The position numbers were made by a program, and so were the translations under genes. The notes beneath the pieces are model-generated. The model was not told where the DNA came from. It did no database searches and saw nothing but the letters and a program-made list of their open reading frames with translations. From Chiloscyllium plagiosum (Eukaryota): a stretch of DNA of 64,000 bases. The DNA lies in contig NC_057710.1 of NCBI RefSeq assembly GCF_004010195.1, positions 3,297,822-3,361,821 on the forward strand, given 5' to 3'. Shown here piece by piece: positions 1 to 13,107 of this stretch (positions are counted from its first letter, which is position 1; every line of letters starts with the position of its first letter).

Positions 1-730
1 CACTCCCACACTCACACATGCACCCCCTCACAGACTTAAGACACTCTGCACTCACTACACACACACACACATACACTTTCTCACACTCATAACCTCCCAC
101 CCAGACACACACACAGACAAAGACCCACACGCACACATATATTTTGTGGGGTGAATTTGTACTTGCAGGGTTACATTGTATTTTGCTCAAAAACTGCATG
201 CATTCATGTAGAACTCCATTATCTAACTTTTTAGATTAGAATCAATCTAAACATCATGGCATATGTAGAACTCTGAGCTCAAAAACTGCATGAATTTATG
301 TAAAACTCTGTTATCTCACTTTTTAGATTAGAATCAATCTAAACATCAGGTCATTTACAGAGAACACAGGGGGCTAACACCTTCAAGATATTGTCTTGCT
401 ATCACCATTGTTAACAGCCAACCAGAGAATGCAACTTTTTTTAAAAAAGGGTTTTGTGATTTACACATGAAAGAAGTGAAACTATCACTGTATTCCAACA
501 GATGAAAGGCTTAACAGACAATCAATTTTTCAATGTATAATTTCAGTTACATCACACTGTAAATTTTTGCTAGAAATTCTGTGTTACGATCGAGCCCTCA
601 CAATCACCTGATGAAGGAGCGTCACTCCGAAAGCTAGTGTGCTTCCAATTAAACCTGTTGGACTATAACCTGGTGTTGTGTGATTTTTAACTTTGTACAC
701 CCCAGTCCAACACCGGCATCTCCGAATCAT
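1..730 (+). mobile_element. Penelope-like element 3' region / pseudo-LTR (truncated by window start)
   Basis: CA-rich tract, internally duplicated segment (~186-262 and ~277-352), and a terminal CTGATGA..GAAAGCTA..AAACCTGTTGGACTATAACCTGGTG module also present at ~11.3-11.5, 31.7 and 34.0 kb. Confidence 0.7.
605..639 (+). ncRNA. Minimal type I hammerhead ribozyme motif
   Basis: cac-CTGATGA-a-GGAG(cgtca)CTCC-GAAAGCTA-gtg: intact core, 4-bp stem II, palindromic AGCT in place of stem III, stem I cac/gtg. This is the form known for Penelope-like elements. Confidence 0.75.
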
Positions 731-1100
731 AATCTAGTCCTATTTGTCATCCCTCTAAACCCTTCCTATTGATATACCCATCCAGATGCCTTTTCAGTGT
801 TGTCGTTACAACAGTCCCCACCACATCCTCTGGCAGCTCATTCCATAGACGTACCACCCTCTGCGTGAAAGAGTTGCCCCTTAGATCCCTTTTATATCTT
901 TCCCCTCTCACCTTAAACCTACGCCCTCTAGTTCTGGACTCCCCCACCCCAGGAAAAAGAACTTGTCTAATTACTTTATCCACGTCCCTCATGATGTTAT
1001 AAACCTCCATAAGGTCACCCCTCAGCCTCCAACGCTCCAGGGAAAACTGCCCAGCCTGTTCAGCCTCTCCCTGTAGCTCAAATCCTCCAATCCAAGGCTT
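731..1100 (-). mobile_element. CR1 LINE 3' fragment
   Basis: ORF 747-1121 reads FSLERWRLRGDL..FTQRVVRLWNELPE..KRHLD, the CR1 ORF2 C-terminus. Confidence 0.9.
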
Positions 1101-1104
1101 GGAA

Positions 1105-2790
1105 CCTGCTTTATGTGACACGCCTGTTCAAAAAAAGGGAGGCAGGAAGTGGGCCAATGTAGGCCGATTGTCTGACATTTAATGTTGGAAAAGTATTCTT
1201 AATGAGGTGACAGTAGAATATTTAAAAAATCATAACCTAATCAGGCAGAGTCAGCATGGCCTCAGGAAGGGGAAATCATATCTGAGTAATTTATTCGAGA
1301 TTTATTTTAATTAAGTCTCAACCAGTAGGTGTGTCATATCTGAACTTCCAGACAGTGTTCAGCAAAGTTGCGTCATAAAGGCCACTGCGTTGGAGACAGT
1401 ATATTGGCATGGAGAGAGAATTGGCTGATGGACAGGAAACAGTGAGTGGGGATAGGGGGAATCTGTTACAGATGGCAACCTGTGACCAGTGGGATTCCAC
1501 GGGGATCAGTGCTGGGACTGCAACTGTTTATAACGTGTACTAATGACTTGGAGAAAGTGAATGCTCTGTAGCCAAGTTTGATGACAACACAAAAGTAAGT
1601 GGAAAGGCAGCTCAGAGAGCAATGCAGTTTAGAGCGAGATATTGATAGGTTAAGTGAATGAACAAAATTTTGAAAAATGGAGCATAATGTGAGAAATTGT
1701 GGAGTTGTTAATTTTGGAAGGGAATCGCAGAATATTACTTGAATGGAGAAAAACTGCAGAAAGCTGCAACACAAAGGGACTGGGGGGAACTTGTGCACAA
1801 AGCTAGCACCCAGGTACAACAGGTAATCCGGAAGATTAATGGAATGTTGGCCTTAATTCAAAGAAGTTGGACTATAAGAGTCTTACTGTAACAGTACAAA
1901 GTGCTGGTAACACCACATCTGCAGGATTACAAGCAGTCTGGGTCTTATTTAAGGAATGATATTTCATTGGAGGCCGTTCAGAGAAGGTTTACCACAATGA
2001 TCCCCAGTAAACAGGATTCTTTTATGAGCAAAGGCTAAACAGGCTGGTACTCTATTCAATCGGATTTATGCCTGCAGGAAGTGCTGGAATAATTCAACTG
2101 GTCTGGCATCTATGGACAGAAAACTAGCTTCCCCTCATCAAAGAGTCGAGGACCAGAGGGCACAGTCTCAGAATGAAGGGGCACCAATTTAAGACTGAGA
2201 TGGGGAGGAATTTCTTCTCTCACTGGGTTGAGAATCCTTGGAACTGCTTGCCACAGAGAGCTGTGAGGGCAGAGTCCACCTGTATATTTAAGGCTGAGAT
2301 AGACAAATTCTCGATCAGTCAGAGACATGGAGATGTACAGCACAGAAACAGATCCTTCAGTCCAACTTGTCCTTGCCAACCAGACCCCAAATTAATCTAG
2401 TCCCATGTGCCAGCACTTGGCCCATATCCCTCTAAACCCTTCCTATTCATATACCCATCCAAATGCCTTTTAAATGTTGTAATTGTACCAGCCTCCACCA
2501 CTTTCTCTGGCAGCTCATTCCATACACACACCACCCTCTGTGTGAAAAGGTTGCCTCTTTAGTCCCTTTTAAAACTTTCCTCTCTCCTAGTTCTGGACTC
2601 TCCCACCTCAGGGAAAAGACCTTGTCTATTTACCCTATCATGCCCCTCAAGGGAATCAGGAGTCTTCGGGAAAGGGCAGGAAAGTGGACGTGAGGAACAT
2701 CAGATCAGCCAGGATCCTACTGAGCAGTGGAGCAGGTTGGAGGGGCTGAATGGCCTGTTCCTGATCCTATTTCTTACAGTCTTATGGAGG
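1105..2790 (+). mobile_element. Degenerate CR1 RT/3' region, interrupted by a minus-strand CR1 tail (~2321-2650)
   Basis: GGGATTCCACGGGGATCAGTGCTGGG (GIP.GSVLG-like), KFDDNT-like and FFSHWVENPWN motifs; many stops and frameshifts. Confidence 0.8.
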
Positions 2791-3116
2791 GAGCACACAC
2801 GAGACACCCGGATGGTGCTCTATTCTACAAAGCCACTGCTCACAGTAGAACAAGCAGCTTTCCAGCAGAGAGGGAGAGGGGGCACTTAGTCAGGGAGACA
2901 CTGAGGCAGTGTGAACAAATACATTCATAAAATCCCTACAGTGTGGAAGCAAGCCATTTGAGTCCACACCGACCCTCCAAAGAGCATCCCACCCAGACTG
3001 ACCCTCTCTACCCAATAACCCTGCATATGGCATGGCCAACCCATCCAGCCTGCACATCCATGGTTGCTATGGGACAATTCAGCATGGCTAATCCATCTTT
3101 GGACTGTGGGAAGAAA

Positions 3117-3337
3117 CTGCCCACTCTCTCCCCACAGCCCTGTATCAATCCCAAGCTAATCCCACTGCCCCACTCTCTCCCCATAGCCCTGTATCAATCC
3201 CAAGCTAATCCCACTGCCCCACTCTCTCCCCATAGCCCTGTATCAATCCCAAACTAATCCCACTGCCCCACTCTCTCCCCATAACCCTGTATCAATCCCA
3301 AACTAATCCCACTGCCCTGCTCTCTACACAGCCCTGT
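3117..3337. repeat. 49-bp tandem repeat, ~4.5 copies
   Basis: Unit cactgccccactctctccccatagccctgtatcaatcccaagctaatcc; tgtatcaatc recurs at 3141 and 3190. Confidence 0.9.
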
Positions 3338-3444
3338 TTAGCACTATGTCAAGATGCTCACTGGGAAAGCAATGGCCTCCTTCTGTGGTGTAACACGTCT
3401 GTGAAGCTAGAAATCAGCATCAATCTACAGGAGACATCACTCAC

Positions 3445-4484
3445 ATGCTGGTCAACTGGAACACTTCGAGACCTGCTCTCTGCCCTCCTTAACCTCCCTC
3501 TCCTGTGAATCGAGCTCTCTTTCTGCCTTTCAATCGTGCCATACAAGCGGGGGAGAGGCTGGACTGTGACACGCTCAGGTCCAAAGGCCCTGATCAAACG
3601 GTCTGTGTCGATCGTTGAGACAGTGCTTCCTGTCTCCGTCTGTGTCTGAGGATCTGTCTCGGCTGGGACCGTGGTGTCTGACTCTGTTGTGGATACAGCA
3701 GCCAAGCTGCCACTCTGCAGACCCCTGTACTGCCGATGGTCCAGGATCAACTTGATGCGATCAGTGGAGATTTTCTCCAGGGAGTCAGACCTGTCAGGTT
3801 GTGTGGCAGCAAGATCATACAGATCCCTGACTGGATCCTCCCAAGCTCTCTGCCTCCTCCCCCTCTCTCCCAGCCTGCGCTGTCCAGCCCTCCTCTCAGC
3901 ACAGAGGAGAGAGTGATGTACTGGGTTTTTCAGCATCCGGGCTAGTTCATCCAAACGCTCGAGCAGGGACAGCTCACTGGCACTGCTTGAAGCCAGACTC
4001 TTGTACTGTTCATGCCTCTCCTTAAATTTCTGCCACAGTTTGTCCAGGCTGCTGTATCTCACTGCCTCTCGGGCACCAGGCTGACACTGGAATCCCTCTG
4101 TTCGGCGGCTGACACGATCAGCCACGTCGCCTCCAAGGCAAAGCTGACCCCGAGAGTTACCCTGCCGGGACCTGCTGGTAGCCACCTCTGTCTGTTCCAC
4201 ACGTGAGGGGGCAGGATGCCTCCATTCACCCCCCCGATGCCTCTGGGCTTGACGGACGGCTGGATATGATCGCGAACCCCTGCTGCTCAACTCCTGCTGT
4301 GATGCTCGCTGCCTTCTCTCAGCGTAACGTGGAGAGTCTCTGGTCTGGGACTCCAGGGAATTTCTGACGTCATGCTGGAGGGGACCACTGGTGATAATGT
4401 CACCGTCGCCTGTATCTTGCAACAACATTCTCGACGGTAAAGTTGCTGCGCCAGGGGTGAGGGAACTCTGTGGTCGCCGGATAC
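3445..4484 (-). CDS. ALMS1: ALMS1 exon (1040 nt, phase 1 to 0)
   Basis: Acceptor ctgtag at 4485-6, donor gtgagt at 3439-44. Encodes SLDKLWQKF, LSLLERLDELARMLKNP and STIDTDRLIRAFGPERV..LYGTI, matching the ALMS1 C-terminal region (human TIDTARLIQAFGHERV, recalled). Confidence 0.92.
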
Positions 4485-5224
4485 CTACAGTGACAGCACA
4501 GGGAGTTAGAGTAAAGCCAGGAGGCCCACACACATTTGACTACTATCCTAACTTGAACTGAATCCAAGTCATCCTCGCCTCTCCTCACTAAATGAAATAC
4601 AGCAATTCTCTGATATCAGTTATCGCTCCATAAAGCTTTAGCCATCCCCATTTCTATACTCTTCACCAACCACACTCCCCACCAAGATAGCAACTGAGGA
4701 GCCCAACAAGCCTGACCCACCATTCAATAGGAACATGGCTGGTCAAACACTTCAATGCCTTTTACTCAGCACTGTACACCACTGGTCATCTATCTGTCTG
4801 AAATACACTCAAACAAACTGCGTCTCCACAGCCCTCAGGTTCACAAACCTCAGAGTAAGATCATTTTTTCTCATCTCAGACCAAAATGGAATTTCCCTTA
4901 TTTTTAAATTGTTTCCCTTGTATAAAGATTTCTCAACCAGGGAAACATCATACCTATATCTACCCTGTTTCTGCATCTCCTGAGTTACAATGGGATCACC
5001 TCTCATTCTCAACTACAGTCCTGCCATCCCGGTGAACACATCTGGCGCACCTTGTTGTTCTCCCTCTATGGCAATAATAACTTTGCCAAGGAGACCAAAA
5101 CTGCACACAGCACTCCAGGTACAGTCTAACCAATTAAAGCAAAACCTCCTATTACTGTACTCAAATCCTCTTCAGATAAAGGCTAACTTTCCATTAGCCT
5201 TCCTAACGCCTTCCTGCACCTGCA

Positions 5225-5800
5225 TGTGAAAAGGTTGACAGATACTTCAGTACAATTTGGACAAGGTGAGTGAGTGGGCAAATGCAAGGCAGACGGAGTA
5301 TGATGTAGCTAAATATGAGGTTATCCACTTTAGAGGGACCAATAAGAAGGCAGATTATCTGAATAGCGATTGGCTATTCAGATACATTCACTGGAAAAAG
5401 GGAAGTGCAACAGGACCTGGGTGTCCTCGTACATCAGTCATTGAGACATACAGGTGTGGCAGGCAGTGAAGAATTCCATAGTGAGAGCATTCCAGTTCCC
5501 GATGAGTGGGGAGTCCAGAACCAGGGGTCACAGTCCAAGGATTAGGATAGCCCATTTAGGACTGAGATGAGAAAATTTCTTCAACCTGAGCTCGGTGAAG
5601 CCTGGGCAATTCTCTACTACATGAGGCCGAAACATTGAATGCTCCCTTGAAGTTAGAGATCATTCTCAGGGCCAGTGAAATCAAAGGATGTGGGGAGAAA
5701 GCAGGAACTGGATACTGAGCTGGGTGATCAGTCACAATGTCATTGAAAGACAGAGTTAGCTCAAACAGCCAAATGGTCTACTGCTGCTCCTAGTTCCCTC
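5225..5800 (+). mobile_element. Degenerate CR1 fragments (further ones through ~7100)
   Basis: LDKVSEWA..KYEVIHF motif and CR1 3' tail; endonuclease-like remnant on the minus strand at 6767-7087. Confidence 0.7.
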
Positions 5801-8078
5801 ACAACACACTGTGTTCACAACTGCATTCTGAAGAAGGGTCACTGGACCTGATACATTCATTCTTCTTTCGAACCACACAGGATGCCAGATCTGTTGCAAT
5901 TTCTGGAATTTAGCAATTTTTAAATTATCTACTAAGCCCATCCTTTATACTAGATTGCAGTATTTCCCCTAATATTGATGTGATCCACAGGAATGTTTCC
6001 AGAATTTATACAGCTTTAGAAGATACATTGAGGATCTCCTTCAACACCCTGTGAAGATGATCAGCAGGCCCTCGAATTTAACAACTTGCAGCCCCATTTA
6101 ATTTCTCCAGTTCTTACTAACAATAATCTCCTGTAATTCCTCAATCTCCCTGGTCACTTGGATGTCTAATTCTGCAAGCTTTCTTGCACCTTTCTTAGTG
6201 CAATCAGAGAAGTAACCATTTAGCTTTTCCACTGTTTCTCTGTTCCTCTTTATAAATTCCCTGCTTTCAATGGACCCCCACATTCATTGTAATAAAACGT
6301 TTCCTTTTTACAGATCTACAGAAACTTTCACTGTCAATTTTTTAGTGTTTTCCTTTTAATCAGATTGAATTCATGTTCTATTCTCCCTTAATTCATCAGC
6401 TTCTTGGTGCTCCTTTACTGAATTCTATAAATCCATATCCTCAGAATTACTGCACTTTCCAACAATTTTATGGATTTTTTTCTTTTAACCTGATCCAATC
6501 CTGAAATTCCTTTGGGAATCATGGCTGACCTTATGTGTGTTTTGCAGCTTAAAAGATGTTTAGTTGTTGCAAGCTATGCAATTGTTCTTCAAGCAATTGT
6601 CCAATGCCCATGTACAATCATGCCTTTTATTGTATTTTCCCAATCCATGCCAATGCCTTCACAACTCCCCTCATTAAACTTTAACAGCCCTGCTTCAGAA
6701 CAACCTCACTTTCAAACACAATGTACAATTCTTTCATATTACAGTGACTCATTCCTCAAGGGTCTTTTACAAGGTCGTTAATTGGCCTGGTTTTAATACA
6801 TGATACTGGATTTTAAATCGCCTGTCCTCTATTCCTGTCTCAGCATGCTGTTCGAGAAGACCATCCCTAAGAAACTCCAGGAACTCACTCTCCATTGCAT
6901 TAGTCCTCAGTTGGTTTACCCAGTTTACATGCAGATTGAAGAATCCCATGATAACGGTGTTGCTCATACTAAAGACTTCCCTCAACTCCTGATTAATGCC
7001 ATGCCCCACATCACCACTCATATTTGGAGGCCTACCAACAATTCGAGCCAATGTCTGTGACCACTTGTTGTTTTGAGTTCCACCCAAACTTGTTTTTCAA
7101 ATCCGAGCTCCTCCCTTCCCTTGGTTTTATTCATTCACCTGATGCAGACCTGACTGGCCAGGCCCAGTACCTAATTGCCCCAGAGGGCAGTTGAGAGTCA
7201 ACCACATTGCTGTGGGGCTGCAGTCACATGTAGGCCAGACCAGGTAAGGATGTGTACCAGATGGATTTTTCTGTCAATTGGTAATGGATCCACCCACCTT
7301 GCCCAGTTTAAACCCTTCCCAGTGACACCAGCAAGCCTCCGTGCGGGAATACTGGTGCCCCACCAGTTTAGGTGCAACCGAATCTACCTTGTACAGGTCC
7401 CACCTGTCCCAGAACACATCCCAATGATAGACATAACTGAAGCCCTCTGTCCTACACTAGCTCTTTCGCCACCTATTTAACTATATTATTTTCCTACTCC
7501 TAGATTCACTGGCTCATGGCACAGGAAGTAATCCCAAGATTACAACCCTTGACACCCTGCTCTTCATCATCCGACCTAACGCCTCTGCAGGACTTCACCC
7601 CTCTTTCTGCCTATGTCATTAATACCAAAACAGAACACAACCACTCACTGCTCACTCTCCTCCTTCAGAATATCTAGTGTCCGCTCAGAGATGTCCTTAA
7701 CCCTGGCACCAGGGAGGCAACACCAGCCTGCAGGCTCACTTGCAGCCACAGAAATGAGTCCCCCTGATTACTGAGTCCCCTATCACTACTGCTCATACAC
7801 TCTGACCACCACTGCCCCCTTCCCCCCAAATATTTAACTGTTTAACTCTTGCATTCTATGCCCCTATTGTCAACCTCAAGTTTTTATTGATCATTTTATT
7901 CACATTTTCACATATGCATCACAATTTTGGAATATTGGTATCTCTAGTTCTCTGTTCAGCCACACTCTTCATTTTCCCTCCCATCTGATATGACTTGGCA
8001 TAAATTTATATTAAACTGTATCTGTCTGCCTTTCCCATGATGTCTGCCCTGCCATGGATCTCCACAGCACATCCTTAC

Positions 8079-8240
8079 CTCTTTCAAACAATCTCATTTT
8101 CTCCTCCTCCCTGGGCTTCTTCGAGGCTGCTGCTTTGCTCAATGCTCTGCCTTGCTGCTTCACTGGCTTCCTGGATTGACCGCAGCTCCTGACGTCCAGG
8201 CCCTCAGTCAGGATTCTAGTAGGACGTGTATGCCGTGAAT
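8079..8240 (-). CDS. ALMS1: ALMS1 exon (162 nt, phase 1 to 1)
   Basis: ttctcag acceptor, gtaagg donor; open frame DSRHTRPTRIL..KKPREEEKMRLFER in phase with both neighbouring exons. Confidence 0.8.
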
Positions 8241-8322
8241 CTGAGAATGAAACAGAGTTGACGTCAAACTAGCTGGATCAGAACTTGAGAGGGCAATACT
8301 TATGAGAAATCAAAGAGCTGAC

Positions 8323-8448
8323 CTGTCTGCAAGCTTTCACTGCTGCTCTCAGGATCCAGCTGGGCAGTTTGGCTCTTTGCCCCTGCCTTTGGCATGTAGA
8401 ATAGTTCGGTGCTCCCTGCAGGTTTGTACGGCAACATGACAGGAGCAT
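8323..8448 (-). CDS. ALMS1: ALMS1 exon (126 nt, phase 1 to 1)
   Basis: ccctgtag acceptor, gtcagc donor; APVMLPYKPAGSTELFYMP matches the ALMS1 LLPYKPSGS..YYVP motif; 82-nt intron to the next exon. Confidence 0.9.
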
Positions 8449-8480
8449 CTACAGGGAAGCAAAAATATCTCAGCATGTCT

Positions 8481-8980
8481 NNNNNNNNNNNNNNNNNNNN
8501 NNNNNNNNNNNNNNNNNNNNNNNNNNNNNNNNNNNNNNNNNNNNNNNNNNNNNNNNNNNNNNNNNNNNNNNNNNNNNNNNNNNNNNNNNNNNNNNNNNNN
8601 NNNNNNNNNNNNNNNNNNNNNNNNNNNNNNNNNNNNNNNNNNNNNNNNNNNNNNNNNNNNNNNNNNNNNNNNNNNNNNNNNNNNNNNNNNNNNNNNNNNN
8701 NNNNNNNNNNNNNNNNNNNNNNNNNNNNNNNNNNNNNNNNNNNNNNNNNNNNNNNNNNNNNNNNNNNNNNNNNNNNNNNNNNNNNNNNNNNNNNNNNNNN
8801 NNNNNNNNNNNNNNNNNNNNNNNNNNNNNNNNNNNNNNNNNNNNNNNNNNNNNNNNNNNNNNNNNNNNNNNNNNNNNNNNNNNNNNNNNNNNNNNNNNNN
8901 NNNNNNNNNNNNNNNNNNNNNNNNNNNNNNNNNNNNNNNNNNNNNNNNNNNNNNNNNNNNNNNNNNNNNNNNNNNNNNNN
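8481..8980. other. Assembly gap (500 N); probably hides ALMS1 exons
   Basis: N run. The upstream exon ends in phase 0 and the next visible exon starts in phase 1. Confidence 0.95.
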
Positions 8981-9719
8981 TGTTCACAATTCTTAAACTT
9001 TGTTCAGGTATCTGCTCCTACCATCTCCCCTGGCTACACATTCTGGTCACCTACCACCTGCTGGTAAAACCTTTTCTCACACATCTCCTTTAAACTTTCC
9101 CCCTCTCACCATAAACCTATGTCCTCCAGTATTTAACATTGCCACCATGGCCATGCCCCTTATAATATAATATAGTTCTATCAGGTTGCCACTCAGGAAA
9201 TACACTTGAACAAAAACAATTCAGGTTTGTCCAACCTCTACTTGTAGCTAACACACTCCGATCCAGGCAACATCCTGGTAAACCTCTCCTGTACCCTCCA
9301 CATCCTTCCTATTGTGTGGCGACCAGAACTGTACACAATACACTGAATGTGCCCCCTTGTTATTGATCCTTCAATGAAGGGACATAGCTGCTTTCCATTT
9401 AGACAGTTGCTGCTACATTTCAATGTAAAGGGAACATGTTGGGCCTGTACACTCCCCATTTTCACCATCCTTAAAGACAGCACATCCAGATGACAACTCA
9501 CTGTGTAAATCTCAATCTCCACTTTGGACTTTTTGCCAACTTTCTTAAATCTGAGCCCACTGAAAACCATTTCGCCTTATCTCCTCTCGAAAATCCCTTC
9601 AATATTTAAACATGTCCATTAAGTCTCCCCTTAACCTTCCCTGCTTTAAAGAGAACTACGCTAGAAACAGAAAGCTGTCAAGTTAATGTGATATATTATC
9701 AATCATTGTGACAGACTAT

Positions 9720-10059
9720 GGCAACATGGTGACTCAGTGGTTAGCACTGCTACCTCACTGCGTCACGGTCCCAGGTTCGATTCCAGCCCCGGGCAACTGT
9801 CTGTGTGCTGTTTGCACGTTCTCCCTGTGTCGGCGTGAGTTTCCTCTGGGTGCTCTGGTTTCCTCCCACAGTCCAAAGATGTGCAGGTCAGGTGAATTGG
9901 CCATTGCTAAATTGCCCATAGTGTTCAGGGATGTGTAGGTTCACTGTGTTAGTCAGGGGTAAATATTTCGGATAGGGAATGGGTTTGGGTGGGTTACTCT
10001 TCAAAGGGTCAGTGTGGACTTATTGGTCCGAAGGGTCTGTTACCACACTGTAGGAATTC
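9720..10059 (+). mobile_element. HE1-type tRNA-derived SINE
   Basis: A box (tgactcagtgg), B box (ggttcgattcc), tgtgtg..tttgcac.ttctcc core and CR1-like tail. Confidence 0.85.
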
Positions 10060-10089
10060 AAATTCTATTTCAGTACAGAGACAGACACA

Positions 10090-11240
10090 GTATTTGAAGA
10101 GTGGATAATTGCAAATACTACACCCCTGCTCAAAAAACGATGTGAGGATAAATCTAGCAGTTACAGGCACATCACTTTAACCTCAGTGAAGGAAGGCTTT
10201 GAGAAAAGATATTCTGACAAAACTGACCATCACTTGGGCAAATGTATACTAATTCAGGAAAGCCACAACAAATTTGTTAATCACAGATAATGTTTAACTA
10301 ATTTGAGGTTTTCAGTGTGGACAACATTAACACGGGTAATGTGGTTGATGTGATGTACGCAGACTTACAAAAGACATTTGGTAACATCCTCAGAACAAGC
10401 TTCAGGGGAAGTTAATCCTTCGGGAATCAAAGGGACAGCAGTGACATGAAAACCAAGTTCACATAGTGACAGGAAAGTGGCTAATGGGGCACTTTCAGAC
10501 TGGAAGGACTGAAGTTCTCTACAGGCTGTTAGTTGGACCACTGCTTTTTCTGATACATATTCATACTCCAGACTTAAGAGTGTCTGGAACAATTTTAGCA
10601 TTTCTTGAGAATATTGTGCACTGTGAGGGCGGTGATAGATTTCAGGAGAAATGGATAACCTGGTGGAAGAGTGGACATAGAGTCACATGTGGCAAATAAA
10701 ATGTTTTTCAGAGAATTGTCAAGTATGAAGTATTTGATTTTGTCAGAAAGACCGAGGTAAGGCTGCATAATTTAAGGGATAATATTCTAATAGGCATTTA
10801 GGAGTTGAGGGGGTCTGTGGTTTTATGGATACAAATCATTGATTGTGGAAGGACATCAACATAGGAGGGTGTGGGGTGACCTTATTGAGGTTGATGAAGT
10901 CATGAGGGTCATAGATAAGGAGAATAGCAAATGTCTTTTCCCTCGGGTGGGGGAGATCAAAACGAGGAGGCATATTTTTAATGTGAGGGGAAAAAGATTT
11001 AGAAAGGACCTGAGGCACAACATTTTCCACACAGGGTGGTTCATATATGGAATGAACTGCCAGAGGAAGTGTGACATGAAGGTACAGTGACAACATTTAA
11101 AAGGCATTTGGATAGGTACATGAATAGGAAAGGGTTAGAGGGATTTGGGCCAAATGCAGGCAAGTGGGTCTAGTTCAGTTTGCTTGACATGAATGGATTG
11201 TACCAAAGGGTCTGTTTCCATGCTGTATGACTCTATGACA
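10090..11240 (+). mobile_element. CR1 LINE fragments
   Basis: Degenerate RT region followed by the GDLIEV..WNELPE tail at 10860-11240. Confidence 0.8.
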
Positions 11241-11305
11241 TTGCAGGCTGGAGTTGTATGCCCTATAGTAAACAAGGCAGCCATAATGTAGAGGTCCTGG
11301 ACACA

Positions 11306-11484
11306 GGTCAGAAGTCACACGACACCAGGTTATAATCCAACAGATTTAGCTGAAGTCAGAAGTTTTCAGAGTGCAGCTCCTTCATCAGGTGGAGTGAATA
11401 CATGACGAAGGGACTACACTTCAAAAGCTTGTGATTTCAAATAAGCCTGTGATACTATAACCCAGTGTCGTGTGATGCCTGACT
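11306..11484. mobile_element. Palindromic Penelope-derived hairpin element
   Basis: Two inverted copies of the module seen at 600-720, back to back; degenerate hammerhead cores. Confidence 0.7.
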
Positions 11485-11581
11485 TAGATCAGGGAAGGCC
11501 TGGGGTGAGGGAATGGGAGGGGGGGGGGAGAAACAGACACACGCACACAGTTACACACACACCGGATTCAGGTGGAGAAGT

Positions 11582-11894
11582 GGCACGATGGCACAGTGGT
11601 TAGCACTGCTGCCTCATAGCACCAGAGACCTGAGTTCAATTCCTGCCTCAAGCAACTGTCTGTGTGGAGTTTGCACATTCTCCCTGTGTCGGCGTGGGTT
11701 TCCTCCGGGTGCTCCGGTTTCCTCCCACAGTCCAAAATGTGCAGGTTAGGTGAATTGGCCACGCTAAATTGCCCGTAGTGTTAGGTGAAGGGGTAAATGT
11801 AGGGGAATGGGTCTGGGTGGGTTGCTCTTCAGAGGGTTAGTGTGGACTTGCTGGGCCGAAGGGCCTGTTTCTATACTGTAAGTAATCTAATCTA
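11582..11894 (+). mobile_element. HE1-type SINE
   Basis: ggcacagtggttagcactgctgcctca..gagttcaattcc; ends gtaatctaatcta. Confidence 0.88.
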
Positions 11895-12149
11895 AAGTAT
11901 TTGAGAGGCACAGACACAGTAGCAACTCTTCCCTGAAGTAAGGGGGTTGATAATGAGAGAGCAGAGTTTTAAGGTAAGGAGCAGGAGGTTTAGAGGGGAT
12001 TTGAGGAAATATTTTTCACCCAGAGAGTTGTGGGTATCTAGATCTCACTGCTGAAAAGCTCATCAAGATGAGGACCCTCCAGACATTTAAGCAGTATTTA
12101 AATGAGCACTTGAGCTGGAATACCAAGCTTCAAGCCAGTGTTGAACAAC

Positions 12150-12936
12150 AAGATTAGAGTCAAACAGTGTGGTGCTGGAAAAGCACAGCCAGTCAGGCAG
12201 CATCTGAGGTGCAGGAGAGTCAACGTTTCACACTTAAGCTCTTCATCAGGAATGGGGGGTTGGCCCAAGGGAGCTGAGAGATACATGGGCGGGGAAGGTT
12301 GCTGGGAATGTGATAGGTAGATCAAGGTGGGAGTGAAGGTGATCGGTCAGACAGGAGAAGGAGCAGATAAGTGGGAAGGAAGATGGACAGGTAGGGCAGT
12401 TCAAAAGGGCGGTGCTGAGTTGGAAGGTTGGATCTGGGATTAGGTGGGGGGAGCAGAAATAGGGAAACCGGTGAAATCCACATTGATCCCGTGTGGTTGC
12501 AGGGTCCCAAGGCCAAAGGTGAGGCATTCTTCCTCCAGGGATCAGGTGGTTAGGGTTTGGTGTTGGAGGCGGCCCAGGACTTGCATGTCCTTGGCGGAGT
12601 GGGATGTGAAGTTAAAGTGTTTGGCCACAGGGCAGTGAAATTGTTTAGTGCGTTTGTCCCAGAGATGTTCACTGAAACGTTCTGCAAGTCGGTGCCCTAT
12701 CTCCCTAATTGTAGCGGAGACTGCATCGAGAGCAACGGATACTGTAGATGATGTGTGTGGAAGTACAGGTCGGATGTGGAAGGATCCTTTGGGGCATTAG
12801 ACAGAGGTGTGTGGGGGAGGTGGGCGGGGGGGGAGGAACGGACTCTCTGCTCCTCAGATGCTGCTTGACCTGCTGTCCTTTTCCAGCACCACACTCTTCG
12901 ACTATTATCTCCAGCAACTGCCATCCTCACTTTCTC
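12150..12936 (-). mobile_element. Penelope-like element fragment with inverted terminal copy
   Basis: Reverse complement of the GIY-YIG/3' region seen at 22200-22860, plus a + strand terminal module at 12840-12936. Confidence 0.8.
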
Positions 12937-13107
12937 AGAATACGATTACAATGATCACCAGCACAGATAGAATGGGCTGAAGGGCCTCTTTCTGTGCTGT
13001 GAGAGATCCAAGACTCTGTAAAAGATGATTGTAGGACGATGAATGATTGGGCTGCATTCCAGAGTCAGGAGATGAAGAGCCAGGAGCTGCCTTTCTCAGG
13101 TACCTAC

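Noticed and set aside
9720-9790. tRNA-like sequences with A and B boxes (also near 11582, 15411, 24739, 48850 and 52930)
   Set aside because: SINE heads followed by SINE body sequence, or isolated degenerate heads; no complete cloverleaf.
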